Source of the DNA: a virus
Taxonomy: Duplodnaviria; Caudoviricetes
IMG/VR virus record: IMGVR_UViG_3300032247_000581
Coordinates: 1 to 64,000 of that record
Length of the DNA stretch: 64,000 nt
Strand: one strand, 5' to 3'
Both the position numbers and the translations under genes were made by a program. Positions 29,978 to 39,266 of the stretch are shown here, piece by piece. Under the pieces are notes generated by a model. It saw only the letters and a list, made by a program, of their open reading frames with translations, was not told the DNA's origin and did no database searches. Within the stretch, counting starts at the first letter, position 1. Each line of letters opens with the position of its first letter.

Positions 29978-30169
29978 TTACTTCTTCTTAATCTTCTTTG
30001 CTAGCGCTTTGTCCATCTTCATATCTGCCTTAGCTGATGGCTTCTTTTTGTCCATCTTCTTATCTTCAGCTTTGAACTTGCCCTTTTGAGCAGGTGTCAT
30101 GCCCTTCATAATTTTTGCGTCTTGCTTCTTATCAGCTTTCTTTTTCATACATCCACAGGTAGCACACAT
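29978..30169 (-). CDS. Lys-rich microprotein with MCATCGC N-terminus
   Basis: 63 aa; TAATG coupling to upstream gene. Confidence 0.8.
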   Translation of the reverse strand: MCATCGCMKKKADKKQDAKIMKGMTPAQKGKFKAEDKKMDKKKPSAKADMKMDKALAKKIKKK

Positions 30170-30309
30170 TACATGCCTTTCTTTCTATTCATTGATGTTG
30201 GCTTAGACTTACCTTTTTTAAGTGCCTTAAAATCGGCACCAGTAATCTTTCCTTTAGGAGCAGCAGCTCCAGCAATCTTCTTTTGCTTAGGTGATAATTC
30301 CTTAGCCAT
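30169..30309 (-). CDS. Lys-rich microprotein (46 aa)
   Basis: Not in ORF track; MAKELSPKQKKIAGAAAPKGKITGADFKALKKGKSKPTSMNRKKGM; TAATG overlaps at both ends. Confidence 0.8.
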   Translation of the reverse strand: MAKELSPKQKKIAGAAAPKGKITGADFKALKKGKSKPTSMNRKKGM

Positions 30310-30410
30310 TACTTCTTAGCTTTCTTAGCAGATTTGCAAGTTGCACATGTGCACTTGCATCCCTTTGCTGGCTTACCAGCCTTGCAACCACAACCACATT
30401 TAGCACACAT
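30309..30410 (-). CDS. metallothionein-like Cys/Lys-rich peptide (33 aa)
   Basis: Not in ORF track; MCAKCGCGCKAGKPAKGCKCTCATCKSAKKAKK, 8 Cys; TAATG overlaps at both ends. Confidence 0.78.
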   Translation of the reverse strand: MCAKCGCGCKAGKPAKGCKCTCATCKSAKKAKK

Positions 30411-30583
30411 TACTTACCTGCTTTCTTGCCTTTAACGGCTAGTTTTGTCATTTTCTTAGCGCCATACTTTTTGCGTCCAATAGCAGCGGCTACAGCTGCT
30501 GGGTCACTGACGTCACCCTTGGCGGCAATGCTCTTTTCAAGCTTCTTGAATCTAGTTCCTGTACCGAGCTTTGGTTTAGTCAT
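30410..30583 (-). CDS. Lys-rich microprotein (57 aa)
   Basis: Not in ORF track; MTKPKLGTGTRFKKLEKSIAAKGDVSDPAAVAAAIGRKKYGAKKMTKLAVKGKKAGK. Confidence 0.8.
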   Translation of the reverse strand: MTKPKLGTGTRFKKLEKSIAAKGDVSDPAAVAAAIGRKKYGAKKMTKLAVKGKKAGK

Positions 30584-30717
30584 TTTTTCTTTGCCTTTGT
30601 TTTCTTTACCTTGGTAGGTAATTTTTTGCCTTTGGGTGTCTTATCTTCCCACTCTTTAGCCATTTCTGGGTGCTGGGAATACATAAATTTTCTTTGAGAA
30701 GTAGATTTAAATGGCAT
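30580..30717 (-). CDS. Lys-rich microprotein (45 aa)
   Basis: Not in ORF track; MPFKSTSQRKFMYSQHPEMAKEWEDKTPKGKKLPTKVKKTKAKKK; TAATG and ATGA overlaps. Confidence 0.8.
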   Translation of the reverse strand: MPFKSTSQRKFMYSQHPEMAKEWEDKTPKGKKLPTKVKKTKAKKK

Positions 30718-31331
30718 TAAGGAGTTCCACCATCTAAAGAGTTAAATGGTGGCGTAGGGTTTATCGCCGCTGGGTACGGTGGATAAGTAATAACGTTTGG
30801 AGATTCCCATGTGTCAGGCACAGCTGTAGCATAGGCTAGGAATTGGTGGTCGTTTATCATCTCATCGGGCATTACCTGCATACAGTCAATAACTACCAGG
30901 GTATAGCGCTCTCCAATAATTCCTCTTTGTTGAATTCCTTGAGGGCGATAAATTTGATTTTTCCATAGGATACGACCGCGAGATTCAATATCAGGATTGT
31001 TTAAAACGTTGTTATCAATCTTTTCAATATCTCGCCCTAAAACCGTAAGATGCAAAGTATCTGCGCTATAGAAACCACGCTCACTTTGTGGAATAGCTCC
31101 CTGTCCCCAGAGAGCACGAACGATAGGAAGCTTATAAGGACCACGCCAAGATTTACCATAATCCATATAACCAACATCATAAGTTGGGTCTACAGTAGTT
31201 GTTGTAGGGTCATATACCCACCACAGAGCTTGTGTTCCTACAGGGTTCTTTAAATCGCGCTCTATACCATCTTCAACTAAATCGGTCTCAAAATCAGAGG
31301 AGAACCTGCCTAGAGGAGAGTATGAACGCAT
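30717..31331 (-). CDS. putative head-closure / head-tail joining protein
   Basis: Position upstream of neck genes; beta-rich, DP.YD...W..P, GFY..D.L motifs. Confidence 0.55.
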   Translation of the reverse strand: MRSYSPLGRFSSDFETDLVEDGIERDLKNPVGTQALWWVYDPTTTTVDPTYDVGYMDYGKSWRGPYKLPIVRALWGQGAIPQSERGFYSADTLHLTVLGRDIEKIDNNVLNNPDIESRGRILWKNQIYRPQGIQQRGIIGERYTLVVIDCMQVMPDEMINDHQFLAYATAVPDTWESPNVITYPPYPAAINPTPPFNSLDGGTP

Positions 31332-31338
31332 GGTAAAG

Positions 31339-31382
31339 ATTATCCCCTATCAGTACTAGAAAAATTGGTTAAGCGCCGATTT
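31339..31382 (-). repeat. cassette-boundary repeat, copy 1
   Basis: plus strand ATTATCCCCTATCAGTACTAGAAAAATTGGTTAAGCGCCGATTT. Confidence 0.85.
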
Positions 31383-31630
31383 TAGATAATAAGGGTGGCT
31401 GCTTCTTCTTCAGTAAGGGGAGTGCCTGCTACTAACTTGGCTTTAGCAGATACTTTCAAAGCAACAAGGGCTGCAGCTTCTGCTTCTGCTGTTGCACGCT
31501 GTTCGGCCTGTGCTACTGCCTCGGCCTCCATAGCTATAACCTCTGCAGCAGTTAGTTCAATAACTTGCTGAACATTGTGGTTTTCACATGCTGGGTCGCA
31601 GCATACTTCGACGCGGGTTGGGTTTGTCAT
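31382..31630 (-). CDS. small fibre-associated protein / chaperone (cassette D)
   Basis: ELT..E helical motif, SAKAKL C-terminus; last gene of cassette. Confidence 0.6.
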   Translation of the reverse strand: MTNPTRVEVCCDPACENHNVQQVIELTAAEVIAMEAEAVAQAEQRATAEAEAAALVALKVSAKAKLVAGTPLTEEEAATLII

Positions 31631-31639
31631 ATTGTCTCC

Positions 31640-32167
31640 TTAGTTTTTCTTGATTCCGTAAAGATAAAGGGTTGAGCCAGTGGTGAATACATCTGCCCCA
31701 CCTACAGTTCGAACTAGGATGCTAGTAATAGCAGATGTTCCTCGGTATAGGTTTGATAGAGCACCCACTGAGTTTTGAGTTGTAGAAGTGTTGTGTTCGG
31801 TTGCTCCAAGGTTAATAACTGATTTGACACCAGTAGCGGTGTAGTTTGGTATGTACGCCTCAGTATTTCCAAAAGTATTTGCTAAAGAGGTAGCGTAGTT
31901 CATACCAATAAATGATGCACCATTTTGAGAAACTTGTTCAAATCCATTGGCATTAGCGCCGCTTCCATATAGTCCCACGCTAGAGTAGTTAGTAGCGGTA
32001 TCGCCGTTATATCTAATTAGGAAGTTCTGTGTGTAACCAGACTGTGTTGAACGTGCCGATATTCTTAACACTAAATCCGTGTAGGTTTGAGGGATGGAAG
32101 AAAATATAAATGAGGTTTCACTTCCAGTAGAGGTAGCACTTGAAACCAAAACATATGTATTTGCCAT
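31640..32167 (-). CDS. fibre tip beta-sandwich protein (FSSIP.TY...LYGIK family)
   Basis: Paralog of 32168..32668 and of C-terminus of 32670..34097. Confidence 0.65.
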   Translation of the reverse strand: MANTYVLVSSATSTGSETSFIFSSIPQTYTDLVLRISARSTQSGYTQNFLIRYNGDTATNYSSVGLYGSGANANGFEQVSQNGASFIGMNYATSLANTFGNTEAYIPNYTATGVKSVINLGATEHNTSTTQNSVGALSNLYRGTSAITSILVRTVGGADVFTTGSTLYLYGIKKN

Positions 32168-32668
32168 CTATGCCGCCTTAATTCCGTAGAGAGTTGCAAC
32201 TGTTCCAGCATTGTAATTTCCAGAGTTGTAAACAAATAATCGAATACTTGTTATAGCAGCAGTGCTTCTCCATAACCCAGAAGTAAGAGAAATTTGTCCA
32301 ACAATATTTGTATCAGAAGACTCTGCGGTAAAAATGGTTTTGTTAGTAGAACCTGCGTATGAAAAAATATTAATATCAACAGTTGAATCTAAAGTATTAC
32401 TTGATTCAAACCCCAACCAAAATTGAGGTTGAGAGGTTAAAGTAAAAGTGCCTACAGCAGGTCCATGATTACCATAAAGAATAGTTGAAGAGTAGGTGGT
32501 TGTAGTAATCCCATTAAATTGCATATAAAAGTTTGAACCATCAACGCTTGGTGTTCCAGTAAGGATTAGTCTCAAATCAGTATATGTTGCTGGAATACTA
32601 GAAAAAGTAATGGATGCAGCAGCAGTTCCTAATGTTTGAGTACCAATTGGTTCATAAGTTGTTGCCAT
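32168..32668 (-). CDS. fibre tip beta-sandwich protein (same family)
   Basis: TYEPI...ITFSSIPATYTDL...W.STAAITSI...LYGIK. Confidence 0.65.
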   Translation of the reverse strand: MATTYEPIGTQTLGTAAASITFSSIPATYTDLRLILTGTPSVDGSNFYMQFNGITTTTYSSTILYGNHGPAVGTFTLTSQPQFWLGFESSNTLDSTVDINIFSYAGSTNKTIFTAESSDTNIVGQISLTSGLWRSTAAITSIRLFVYNSGNYNAGTVATLYGIKAA

Positions 32669-32669
32669 A

Positions 32670-34097
32670 TTATTTCACCCCGTATAGTGCAAAAGTAGAT
32701 GCAGTTGTATAGTTGCCAAGTTCTGAGGTCAAAGTAATTGAATTAAGTGCAGATGTTGATGCCCAGGCGCCTGAATTAAGTCGAATTTGTTCTGGAGCAG
32801 CGCCAGCATTTGAGTTGTAAACATTAGAGGAACGTAATGTTTTGTTCTTGCTAGTGGAGGAGTAATCCATAATATCTATAATCAATCCAGCCATTGTATT
32901 TGCAGGTTCATTAGCCATCGGTGTTGTCATGTCTATTAAAATTCCAGATTGACTAAAGTTAGCATTAGCATTTACTGCTGTACCATTTCCCCAAATGTTG
33001 TGCCAAGTGTAGTTACCAGCAGTATCACCATTAAATTGAACTTTAGTATTTCCTGCACCTGTGCTCGGATAAGTACTTCTAGACATCACTCTAATCTGTA
33101 ATGACTTGTAGGTGCTAGGAATACTAGAAAATGTAATTGTTCCAGATGAGCCCGTACCAGTTATAGTAGCAATAGACTCAAAAGAGGTAGGGGTTAAGAC
33201 TGTTCCGCTAACTCCGCTAGATGCAGCAGAATCTCCATTAGTATTAACCGCTTTAATATAATAGGTAGCAGTACCAACAGATAATCCTGTTAAAGATAAT
33301 GGGCTTGATGTTTGTGTTGGAGACAGTGCTGTGTACGTAATGTTGTCAGTAGAAATTTTGTAGTTAGTAATAGCAGAGCCACCTGTGGCTCCTGCTGTAA
33401 ATGAAAGCGTTCCAGTTGTTCCTGTGCCACCATCTGTAAATGTTCCGATAGTAGGGGCAGCAGGAACCGTAGTTGCAGTTACTGAGCTAGAGGCGGATGA
33501 GGCAGAGCCTGTACCGTTAGCATTTGTAGCAGTTACGGTATAGGTATAGGCAGTTGCAGATTGCTGTCCTGTTACAGTAATTGGGCTTACAGAACCAGTT
33601 CCAGTAAAATAGCCTGGGCTAGATGTGACTATGTAAGAAGATATGGCTGAACCGCCAGTTGCTGGTGTTGTAAAGGCAATAGATGCAGAACCATTATTAA
33701 ATGCACGTCCAGAGCCAGAGTTGGTTGCAGTTGGAGCAGAAGGTGCATCAGGGACAGTAGTTGCTGTAATAGAAGCAGATGAAGAAGAGGAAGGACCAGT
33801 TGCAGTCGCATTAGAAGGTCTTACTGTAAAGGTATAAGAAGTTGCGCTTTGTAGACCCGTAACAGTAATAGGGGAAGTACCAGTACCAGTAAAAGAACCA
33901 GGGGTAGAGGTCGCGGTAAAAGATGCTGCCGCCCCACCTGTGTCGGCAGCGGTGTAGGCCACGGTAGCTGCGCCGCTATTAAAAGCGCGGGAAGTTCCGA
34001 CATTAGTAGCTGCACCAACGGTGGGAGAATCAGGAACGTCAGGGATAGCCGTGACGTTATTATTGAGTCCCTCTTGGCTTATGTAACGGACGCTCAT
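32670..34097 (-). CDS. FN3-repeat adhesin D (3 FN3 + FSSIP.TY tip domain)
   Basis: P.AP...GG....Y...GL...T.YTFTV FN3 repeats. Confidence 0.8.
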   Translation of the reverse strand: MSVRYISQEGLNNNVTAIPDVPDSPTVGAATNVGTSRAFNSGAATVAYTAADTGGAAASFTATSTPGSFTGTGTSPITVTGLQSATSYTFTVRPSNATATGPSSSSSASITATTVPDAPSAPTATNSGSGRAFNNGSASIAFTTPATGGSAISSYIVTSSPGYFTGTGSVSPITVTGQQSATAYTYTVTATNANGTGSASSASSSVTATTVPAAPTIGTFTDGGTGTTGTLSFTAGATGGSAITNYKISTDNITYTALSPTQTSSPLSLTGLSVGTATYYIKAVNTNGDSAASSGVSGTVLTPTSFESIATITGTGSSGTITFSSIPSTYKSLQIRVMSRSTYPSTGAGNTKVQFNGDTAGNYTWHNIWGNGTAVNANANFSQSGILIDMTTPMANEPANTMAGLIIDIMDYSSTSKNKTLRSSNVYNSNAGAAPEQIRLNSGAWASTSALNSITLTSELGNYTTASTFALYGVK

Positions 34098-34147
34098 TTA
34101 GCTGGCCCGACACTGCTTGAAAGCATAGCAAAAAGCGCTATTTTCAT
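34094..34147 (-). pseudogene. 17-codon ORF, gene remnant or leader peptide
   Basis: MKIALFAMLSSSVGPAK with AAGGA RBS; TGA overlaps ATG of adhesin D. Confidence 0.4.
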
Positions 34148-34254
34148 CTACTAATTCCTTAATCTGGTAAGAGATTGAGAGGTCGTATGACCAGTCCTAT
34201 TAAACCATATTAAGTAGATAAAACGGGGTGTAAAACCCTAAAATTTAAAACGCC

Positions 34255-34941
34255 TTATTTGTACTCTTTTTTGTTCCACCAAAAGCGCTTATACCTGTCA
34301 AAAAACACAGTACTCATTTTCTGAGTTATCTTTTTCATATCTTTTAATTCGTTTTCGTTACCAAAATCGTGTTCCCAAGACTCTCTTTTGATAGGGATAA
34401 TTTGAACTATTGGAGTCCCAGCAGGTATTAAACCTTCGTAGTTGGGGTCTTTTAATGTAAAAGGAAAATTGATTGGGGCGGTGTAGGTGTCAGTGTCTAC
34501 TATCCCAGGAAGGATAGTAAAGACTGAATCTCGGTGTGCTGGCTGCATAATCAAAACTGACCAACCTTTGGGAGTTTTAATACTCCAAGGGTTTATGAAT
34601 TTAGGGGATGCATAATCTTTATTAGTTGCAGGATGTCCAGTAGTTTGGTCTGGTCCGTGAAATTCTATTAAATCAAAACCTGACCATTTAAAATATGGAG
34701 CACCATCTTTGGGCTCTACATAAATATCAGCAATTGTTGTAATTATGTAGCCTGCTGTAATCATATCAAAAACAGGCATACATCTTTTAATGGTTGCTAG
34801 AGCAGTCCCGTCATCAGAAGGCCTTTTCTTTTTCCCCATATATGAATCTATTTTTTTATACCAATCAGGAATGTAATTACTAGCAGGTTTAGGTTTTTCT
34901 AAGATTGTTGCTGAATAAGTATTTGTAAAAATAATTTTCAT
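34255..34941 (-). CDS. conserved phage hypothetical protein (possible dUTPase-like beta-clip fold)
   Basis: IPDWYK, TIKRCMP..D....GY, KFINPW.IKTP.G, PG.VDTD, GTP..Q.IP.KRE. Confidence 0.7.
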   Translation of the reverse strand: MKIIFTNTYSATILEKPKPASNYIPDWYKKIDSYMGKKKRPSDDGTALATIKRCMPVFDMITAGYIITTIADIYVEPKDGAPYFKWSGFDLIEFHGPDQTTGHPATNKDYASPKFINPWSIKTPKGWSVLIMQPAHRDSVFTILPGIVDTDTYTAPINFPFTLKDPNYEGLIPAGTPIVQIIPIKRESWEHDFGNENELKDMKKITQKMSTVFFDRYKRFWWNKKEYK

Positions 34942-34988
34942 TGTACTCCATCATTAATAGTCCTATTGAGTAAGCCTACATTACAAAA

Positions 34989-35210
34989 CTACTTTTTCCA
35001 ATTTTGAATTTCATCACTCCAGATAAAGGTATCTTTTAAATTAGGTTTAGGTGGATACCATTTGTCGTTTTCTTTAAACCATCCTACACCAAGAGTGCTA
35101 CCACTTAAATCAAATGGTTCGCAATCAGGAAAAAATGCTTGAGCGTCAGTTAATGAATCGCATACAACTGCATTTACAACTGTATTGTTTTTAATTAAAC
35201 CAATGTCCAT
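34989..35210 (-). CDS. small fibre-associated protein (cassette C)
   Basis: I.NN.VVN.VV...GVGW...PPKP...W.W; start moved to ATG 35210. Confidence 0.65.
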   Translation of the reverse strand: MDIGLIKNNTVVNAVVCDSLTDAQAFFPDCEPFDLSGSTLGVGWFKENDKWYPPKPNLKDTFIWSDEIQNWKK

Positions 35211-35220
35211 TATGTCTTCC

Positions 35221-36684
35221 TTACTTAACATAGATGTCTATGAATCCACCAGAGCCATTACCGCCACCTTTGCCAGTAAAACTTGTGTTACCAGTGTAGT
35301 TTGAACCTGCTCCACCACCGCCACCTGAACCTAATGATATTGCAGATGCTCCAGCATTTCCAGCATTTATTGTTTCGTTAAATCCGCCAGTACCACCGCC
35401 ACTAGCAGAACCGCCTGAACGCACACCTGGATTTGTTTGGTTAGGAGTAGTTCCTGGAGCACCACCACCACCACCTGACATAGTAGTAGCGCTAGAGTAA
35501 ACAGTTCCTAACCCAGTTAAATTCATTGTAAAGTTTGCGGCATTTCCTGCGGCTGTTGCATTACCGTTTTGGTTTGTAAAACCAGCACCGCCACTACCAC
35601 CTCTGTAATTGCCTTCACCATAACTTGTTGTGTAAGCAGAAATGTTATTCACCGCTGTATTGCCTGAGTAACCGCCGCCTGCATAAGTTCCGCAGTTATT
35701 TGTAGCTGCTTCACCACCATTTGTAGTTAGAAGGTTTGAAAACGATGTTCCACCACCAGCATTACCTCTATTTCCATAACTGCCATTGTTTGCTGCACCA
35801 CCAGTACCAGCGTTACCACCTGCTCCAATAGTAAGCAAGTATGTCGCTCCAGGCGTAACAGGATAATCTTGAACCCTGACTAATACTCCCGCACCGCCTG
35901 CACCACCACCAGAGCTTCCTGATGGACCACCTGCGTAACTTTGGCCACCCGCTCCACCACCGCCACCGCTAGCAACAAACAAAGAAAGAAGATTTTTTCC
36001 AGCAGGGATTGTGTAGTTTTGTGTGTTGGTAATAGTTCCAACAAATGAGTAGACCGCAATTGGAGTTACCGAGTTAGATGCAGACGAAGCAGTTGAAGTT
36101 CCATTTGCATTAGTTGCTGTAACTGTAAACGTGTAAGCAGTCCCTGGAGTTAATCCAGAAACAGAAATTGGGCTTGAAGCACCTGTTCCTGTTATAGAAC
36201 CAGGGGAAGAAGTTACTGTGTAGCCAGTGATGGCAGAACCACCTGTAGCTCCTGCTGTAAATGTAACAGAAGCAGTTGTAGAGGTAGGAGATGTTGCAGT
36301 ACCAATAGTCGGGGCTGCTGGAACTGTTGTAGCTGTAATAGAATTTGAGGCGCCAGATTGAATACCAGCTACGCTAGTAGAGGTAACACCAGTGGCTTGA
36401 AAAGTATAAGCAGTAGCAGATTGTAGACCAGTAACTGTTACAGGAGATGCGCCAGAGGCGGTAAAAGAACCTGGGCTTGAAATAACGTTATAGGTAGAAG
36501 GAGTACCACCAGTTGCAGCTGCTGTAACTGTGACTGTTGCTGAACCATTGTTGTAGGCACGTGAGGTACCCACATTTGCCGCTGAAATTGATGGTGCATC
36601 TGGAAAGTCCATAATCTCAGTTAAAGCTGCGAGACCGTCGGGTGTTCCTTCAATGCGCTCATCTTGAGCTCTGCGTACAGACAT
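35221..36684 (-). CDS. FN3-repeat adhesin C (2 FN3 + Gly-rich tip)
   Basis: FN3 repeats, then GGGGG-rich domain ending GG.GSGG...IY. Confidence 0.8.
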   Translation of the reverse strand: MSVRRAQDERIEGTPDGLAALTEIMDFPDAPSISAANVGTSRAYNNGSATVTVTAAATGGTPSTYNVISSPGSFTASGASPVTVTGLQSATAYTFQATGVTSTSVAGIQSGASNSITATTVPAAPTIGTATSPTSTTASVTFTAGATGGSAITGYTVTSSPGSITGTGASSPISVSGLTPGTAYTFTVTATNANGTSTASSASNSVTPIAVYSFVGTITNTQNYTIPAGKNLLSLFVASGGGGGAGGQSYAGGPSGSSGGGAGGAGVLVRVQDYPVTPGATYLLTIGAGGNAGTGGAANNGSYGNRGNAGGGTSFSNLLTTNGGEAATNNCGTYAGGGYSGNTAVNNISAYTTSYGEGNYRGGSGGAGFTNQNGNATAAGNAANFTMNLTGLGTVYSSATTMSGGGGGAPGTTPNQTNPGVRSGGSASGGGTGGFNETINAGNAGASAISLGSGGGGGAGSNYTGNTSFTGKGGGNGSGGFIDIYVK

Positions 36685-36691
36685 GTTGTCT

Positions 36692-36736
36692 AGTATCTCC
36701 TATCATTACTGGAAAAAATTGATTAAGCGCCGAATT
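36692..36736 (-). repeat. cassette-boundary repeat, copy 2
   Basis: plus strand AGTATCTCCTATCATTACTGGAAAAAATTGATTAAGCGCCGAATT. Confidence 0.85.
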
Positions 36737-36738
36737 TT

Positions 36739-37029
36739 TTAAGGTAATCTTTCTTCTAAAGGTACAAAAGCCACATAATTTAAAGCGGCTTCAATTTCTG
36801 CATTAGAAAGTTCTTTTTGTCCCCAGGTAACTTTCCACACACCATCTTGTAGTGTTGGACGTTTCATAACAGGAACATAAGGAAGTTCTAAAGTTTCTGG
36901 TTCTGTGTGCATAACCTCCACCCATGGCTCAAGCAGAGGCGTGCCTGGTACCCAAGTTGGGTCAATAAGAAGAATGTCCCCATCGTGACGAGGAAACTCA
37001 TGTGTCTCAGTGTTGTAATACATAGCCAT
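36739..37029 (-). CDS. small fibre-associated protein (cassette B)
   Basis: Start moved to ATG 37029 (TAATG coupling); EFPRH.GD...DG.W...W...LS..E. Confidence 0.65.
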   Translation of the reverse strand: MAMYYNTETHEFPRHDGDILLIDPTWVPGTPLLEPWVEVMHTEPETLELPYVPVMKRPTLQDGVWKVTWGQKELSNAEIEAALNYVAFVPLEERLP

Positions 37030-39215
37030 TATAGAACCGCCGTTTCCGCAGTAAATCCAGATGCCTGCTCTGTAGCAGAATATGTACCAGCCGTGTAAGA
37101 ACTGGTGCTGGACCATGTAGCAGAGATTCCAATTGCACTTAAATCACCCGCTGCTTCTGAAAGACTTGATGCCTCATAAATTACCGAACGACTTGCAAGA
37201 GTATACGTTCCAGTTTTTGAACCATCAACAGGAAGTTTAAGGTACGCAGGGGTAACAGGAGAGCCTGAAAGCCTTACCCCCACTAACACAAAATCATTAC
37301 TACAAGAAATGCTGTCAAATTTTGTATAACCAGATGAACCCGAAACACTTACTTGTCTTTGCCATTGAATAGTTCCAGAAGAGTTATATTTAGCAACATA
37401 CGCATACTGAGAATTAACATCAGTAAACCCAACAAATACATCACCATTAGAGTTTGTTGAAACAACTTGAATACTTCCACCAACATTGGCGGATGCATTA
37501 TATAGACGTCTTTGCCATTGAAGAGTTCCGCTAGAATTAAACTTAAATAAAATAACCCTATTATAGTATGGGCTTGCTGTTTGTGCGGAGGTACCTACTG
37601 CGTACACATTTCCCGAAGAATCTGTTGTAGAACCTTGAAAATAACTAGACCTTGTTACTGAATAAGCCGTCTGCCATTGAATTGTTCCAGCATTATTCAT
37701 TTTCATTAGATATGCTCCTTGGTATGAGCCATTAGTCATATTTCCAACACCGATTATATTTCCAGAAGAATCTACACTTCCTGAGTAACAAACAGCACTT
37801 GTAATAGGGGCAATATACACCCACTGAACAGTTCCAGAAGAGTTATATTTAATAACGTAAGTAGACTGAGCAGGGGTTCCGCTGTTATTAGCCCACCCTA
37901 TTGAATACACATTACCTGATGAATCTGCCCCACCGCCAGAATTGTACATGGAGCTGCCGTTTCCAAGAATAAAACTCTTAATCCATTGTAATGTTCCAGA
38001 AGAGTTCCATTTTGTTGTAATTCCATAATATGTTGAACCAGAATCGTTTGTTCCATAACCAAATTGATAATAGTTAAAAGAAGAGTCTAAGGCACCGTAC
38101 TCTGCTCCTTGATTTTGATTATATATATTGTTTGTATAAATTTCACGAGAAACAGTTACAGTTCCACTTCCATTTTGTTTATAGAAAAACGCACGTAAAC
38201 CACCATTTCCAGTTCTTATATTTTCTCCACCAACATAAATATTTCCACTTGTATCAATACCTCCTACGGCTTTTCCATACCCAGTTCCAGTTCCAGTAAC
38301 TGTCAATGCGGTTGCTGGGTAAGTGGTAGTAGTTGAATTAGATGCAGAAGAAGCAGCAGATGTTCCTTGAGAGTTTGTTGCAGTAACTGTAAATGTATAT
38401 GCAGTTCCTGCTGTAAGACCTGAGACAGTAATAGGGGAGGCACCTGTTCCTGTCAATCCTCCAGGAGATGAGGTTGCAGTGTAGGTAGATACTGCAGCAC
38501 CACCAGTGGCGTTTGCTGTATAAGCAACTGTTGCAGTTGTAGAACCTGTTGCAGTAGCAGTACCAATAGTTGGCGCCTGAGGAACAGATGAAGGAGTTGT
38601 AGAAGCAGATGCAGAAGATGCAGTAGAGGTTCCATTAGCATTTGTTGCTGTGACTGTGTAGGTACGAGCAGTTCCTACAGTGTCAGAAATAGTAATTGGT
38701 GAAGAAGAACTTGAACCAGTTGTTCCTGAAGATGAAGTGACTGTGTAACTAGAAATTGCAGAACCACCAGTTGCCCCAGCAGTAAATGGTACAGATACGT
38801 TTGCAGAGCCAGTGTATGACTGACCAGTAGCAACGGTAGGTGTACCAATAGTAGGCGCATTAGGAACAGTGGTTGCAGTTATAGAAGACGAAGCGCTAGA
38901 TGCAGGACCAGTTGCAGTTGTATTAGTAGCGGTAACAGCAAATGTATAAGAGGTAGCAGATTGTAATCCAGTAACAGTCAATGGTGAACCAGCACCAGAG
39001 GCAGTAAAAGAGCCAGGAGTAGAGGTAGCTGTATAGGAGGTAGGAGTACCACCTGTGGCAGCGGCAGTAAAAGCAACAGTTGCAGAGCCATTGTTATAGG
39101 CCCTGGATGTGCCTACATTTGTGGCAGCGCCAATAGTGGGTGCATCAGGTACATCAGGGATAGCAACACCGCTCTTGGTGATGCCTGATGTATTAGCACG
39201 CTTGATATTAGCCAT
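37029..39215 (-). CDS. FN3-repeat adhesin B (3 FN3 + SBBP-like beta-propeller)
   Basis: DSSGNVY..G and KYNSSGT.QW blade repeats. Confidence 0.82.
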   Translation of the reverse strand: MANIKRANTSGITKSGVAIPDVPDAPTIGAATNVGTSRAYNNGSATVAFTAAATGGTPTSYTATSTPGSFTASGAGSPLTVTGLQSATSYTFAVTATNTTATGPASSASSSITATTVPNAPTIGTPTVATGQSYTGSANVSVPFTAGATGGSAISSYTVTSSSGTTGSSSSSPITISDTVGTARTYTVTATNANGTSTASSASASTTPSSVPQAPTIGTATATGSTTATVAYTANATGGAAVSTYTATSSPGGLTGTGASPITVSGLTAGTAYTFTVTATNSQGTSAASSASNSTTTTYPATALTVTGTGTGYGKAVGGIDTSGNIYVGGENIRTGNGGLRAFFYKQNGSGTVTVSREIYTNNIYNQNQGAEYGALDSSFNYYQFGYGTNDSGSTYYGITTKWNSSGTLQWIKSFILGNGSSMYNSGGGADSSGNVYSIGWANNSGTPAQSTYVIKYNSSGTVQWVYIAPITSAVCYSGSVDSSGNIIGVGNMTNGSYQGAYLMKMNNAGTIQWQTAYSVTRSSYFQGSTTDSSGNVYAVGTSAQTASPYYNRVILFKFNSSGTLQWQRRLYNASANVGGSIQVVSTNSNGDVFVGFTDVNSQYAYVAKYNSSGTIQWQRQVSVSGSSGYTKFDSISCSNDFVLVGVRLSGSPVTPAYLKLPVDGSKTGTYTLASRSVIYEASSLSEAAGDLSAIGISATWSSTSSYTAGTYSATEQASGFTAETAVL

Positions 39216-39222
39216 GTTGCCT

Positions 39223-39266
39223 ATTGTCTCCTATGGTTACTGGAAAAATGTATTAAGCGCCGAATT
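39223..39266 (-). repeat. cassette-boundary repeat, copy 3
   Basis: plus strand ATTGTCTCCTATGGTTACTGGAAAAATGTATTAAGCGCCGAATT. Confidence 0.85.
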
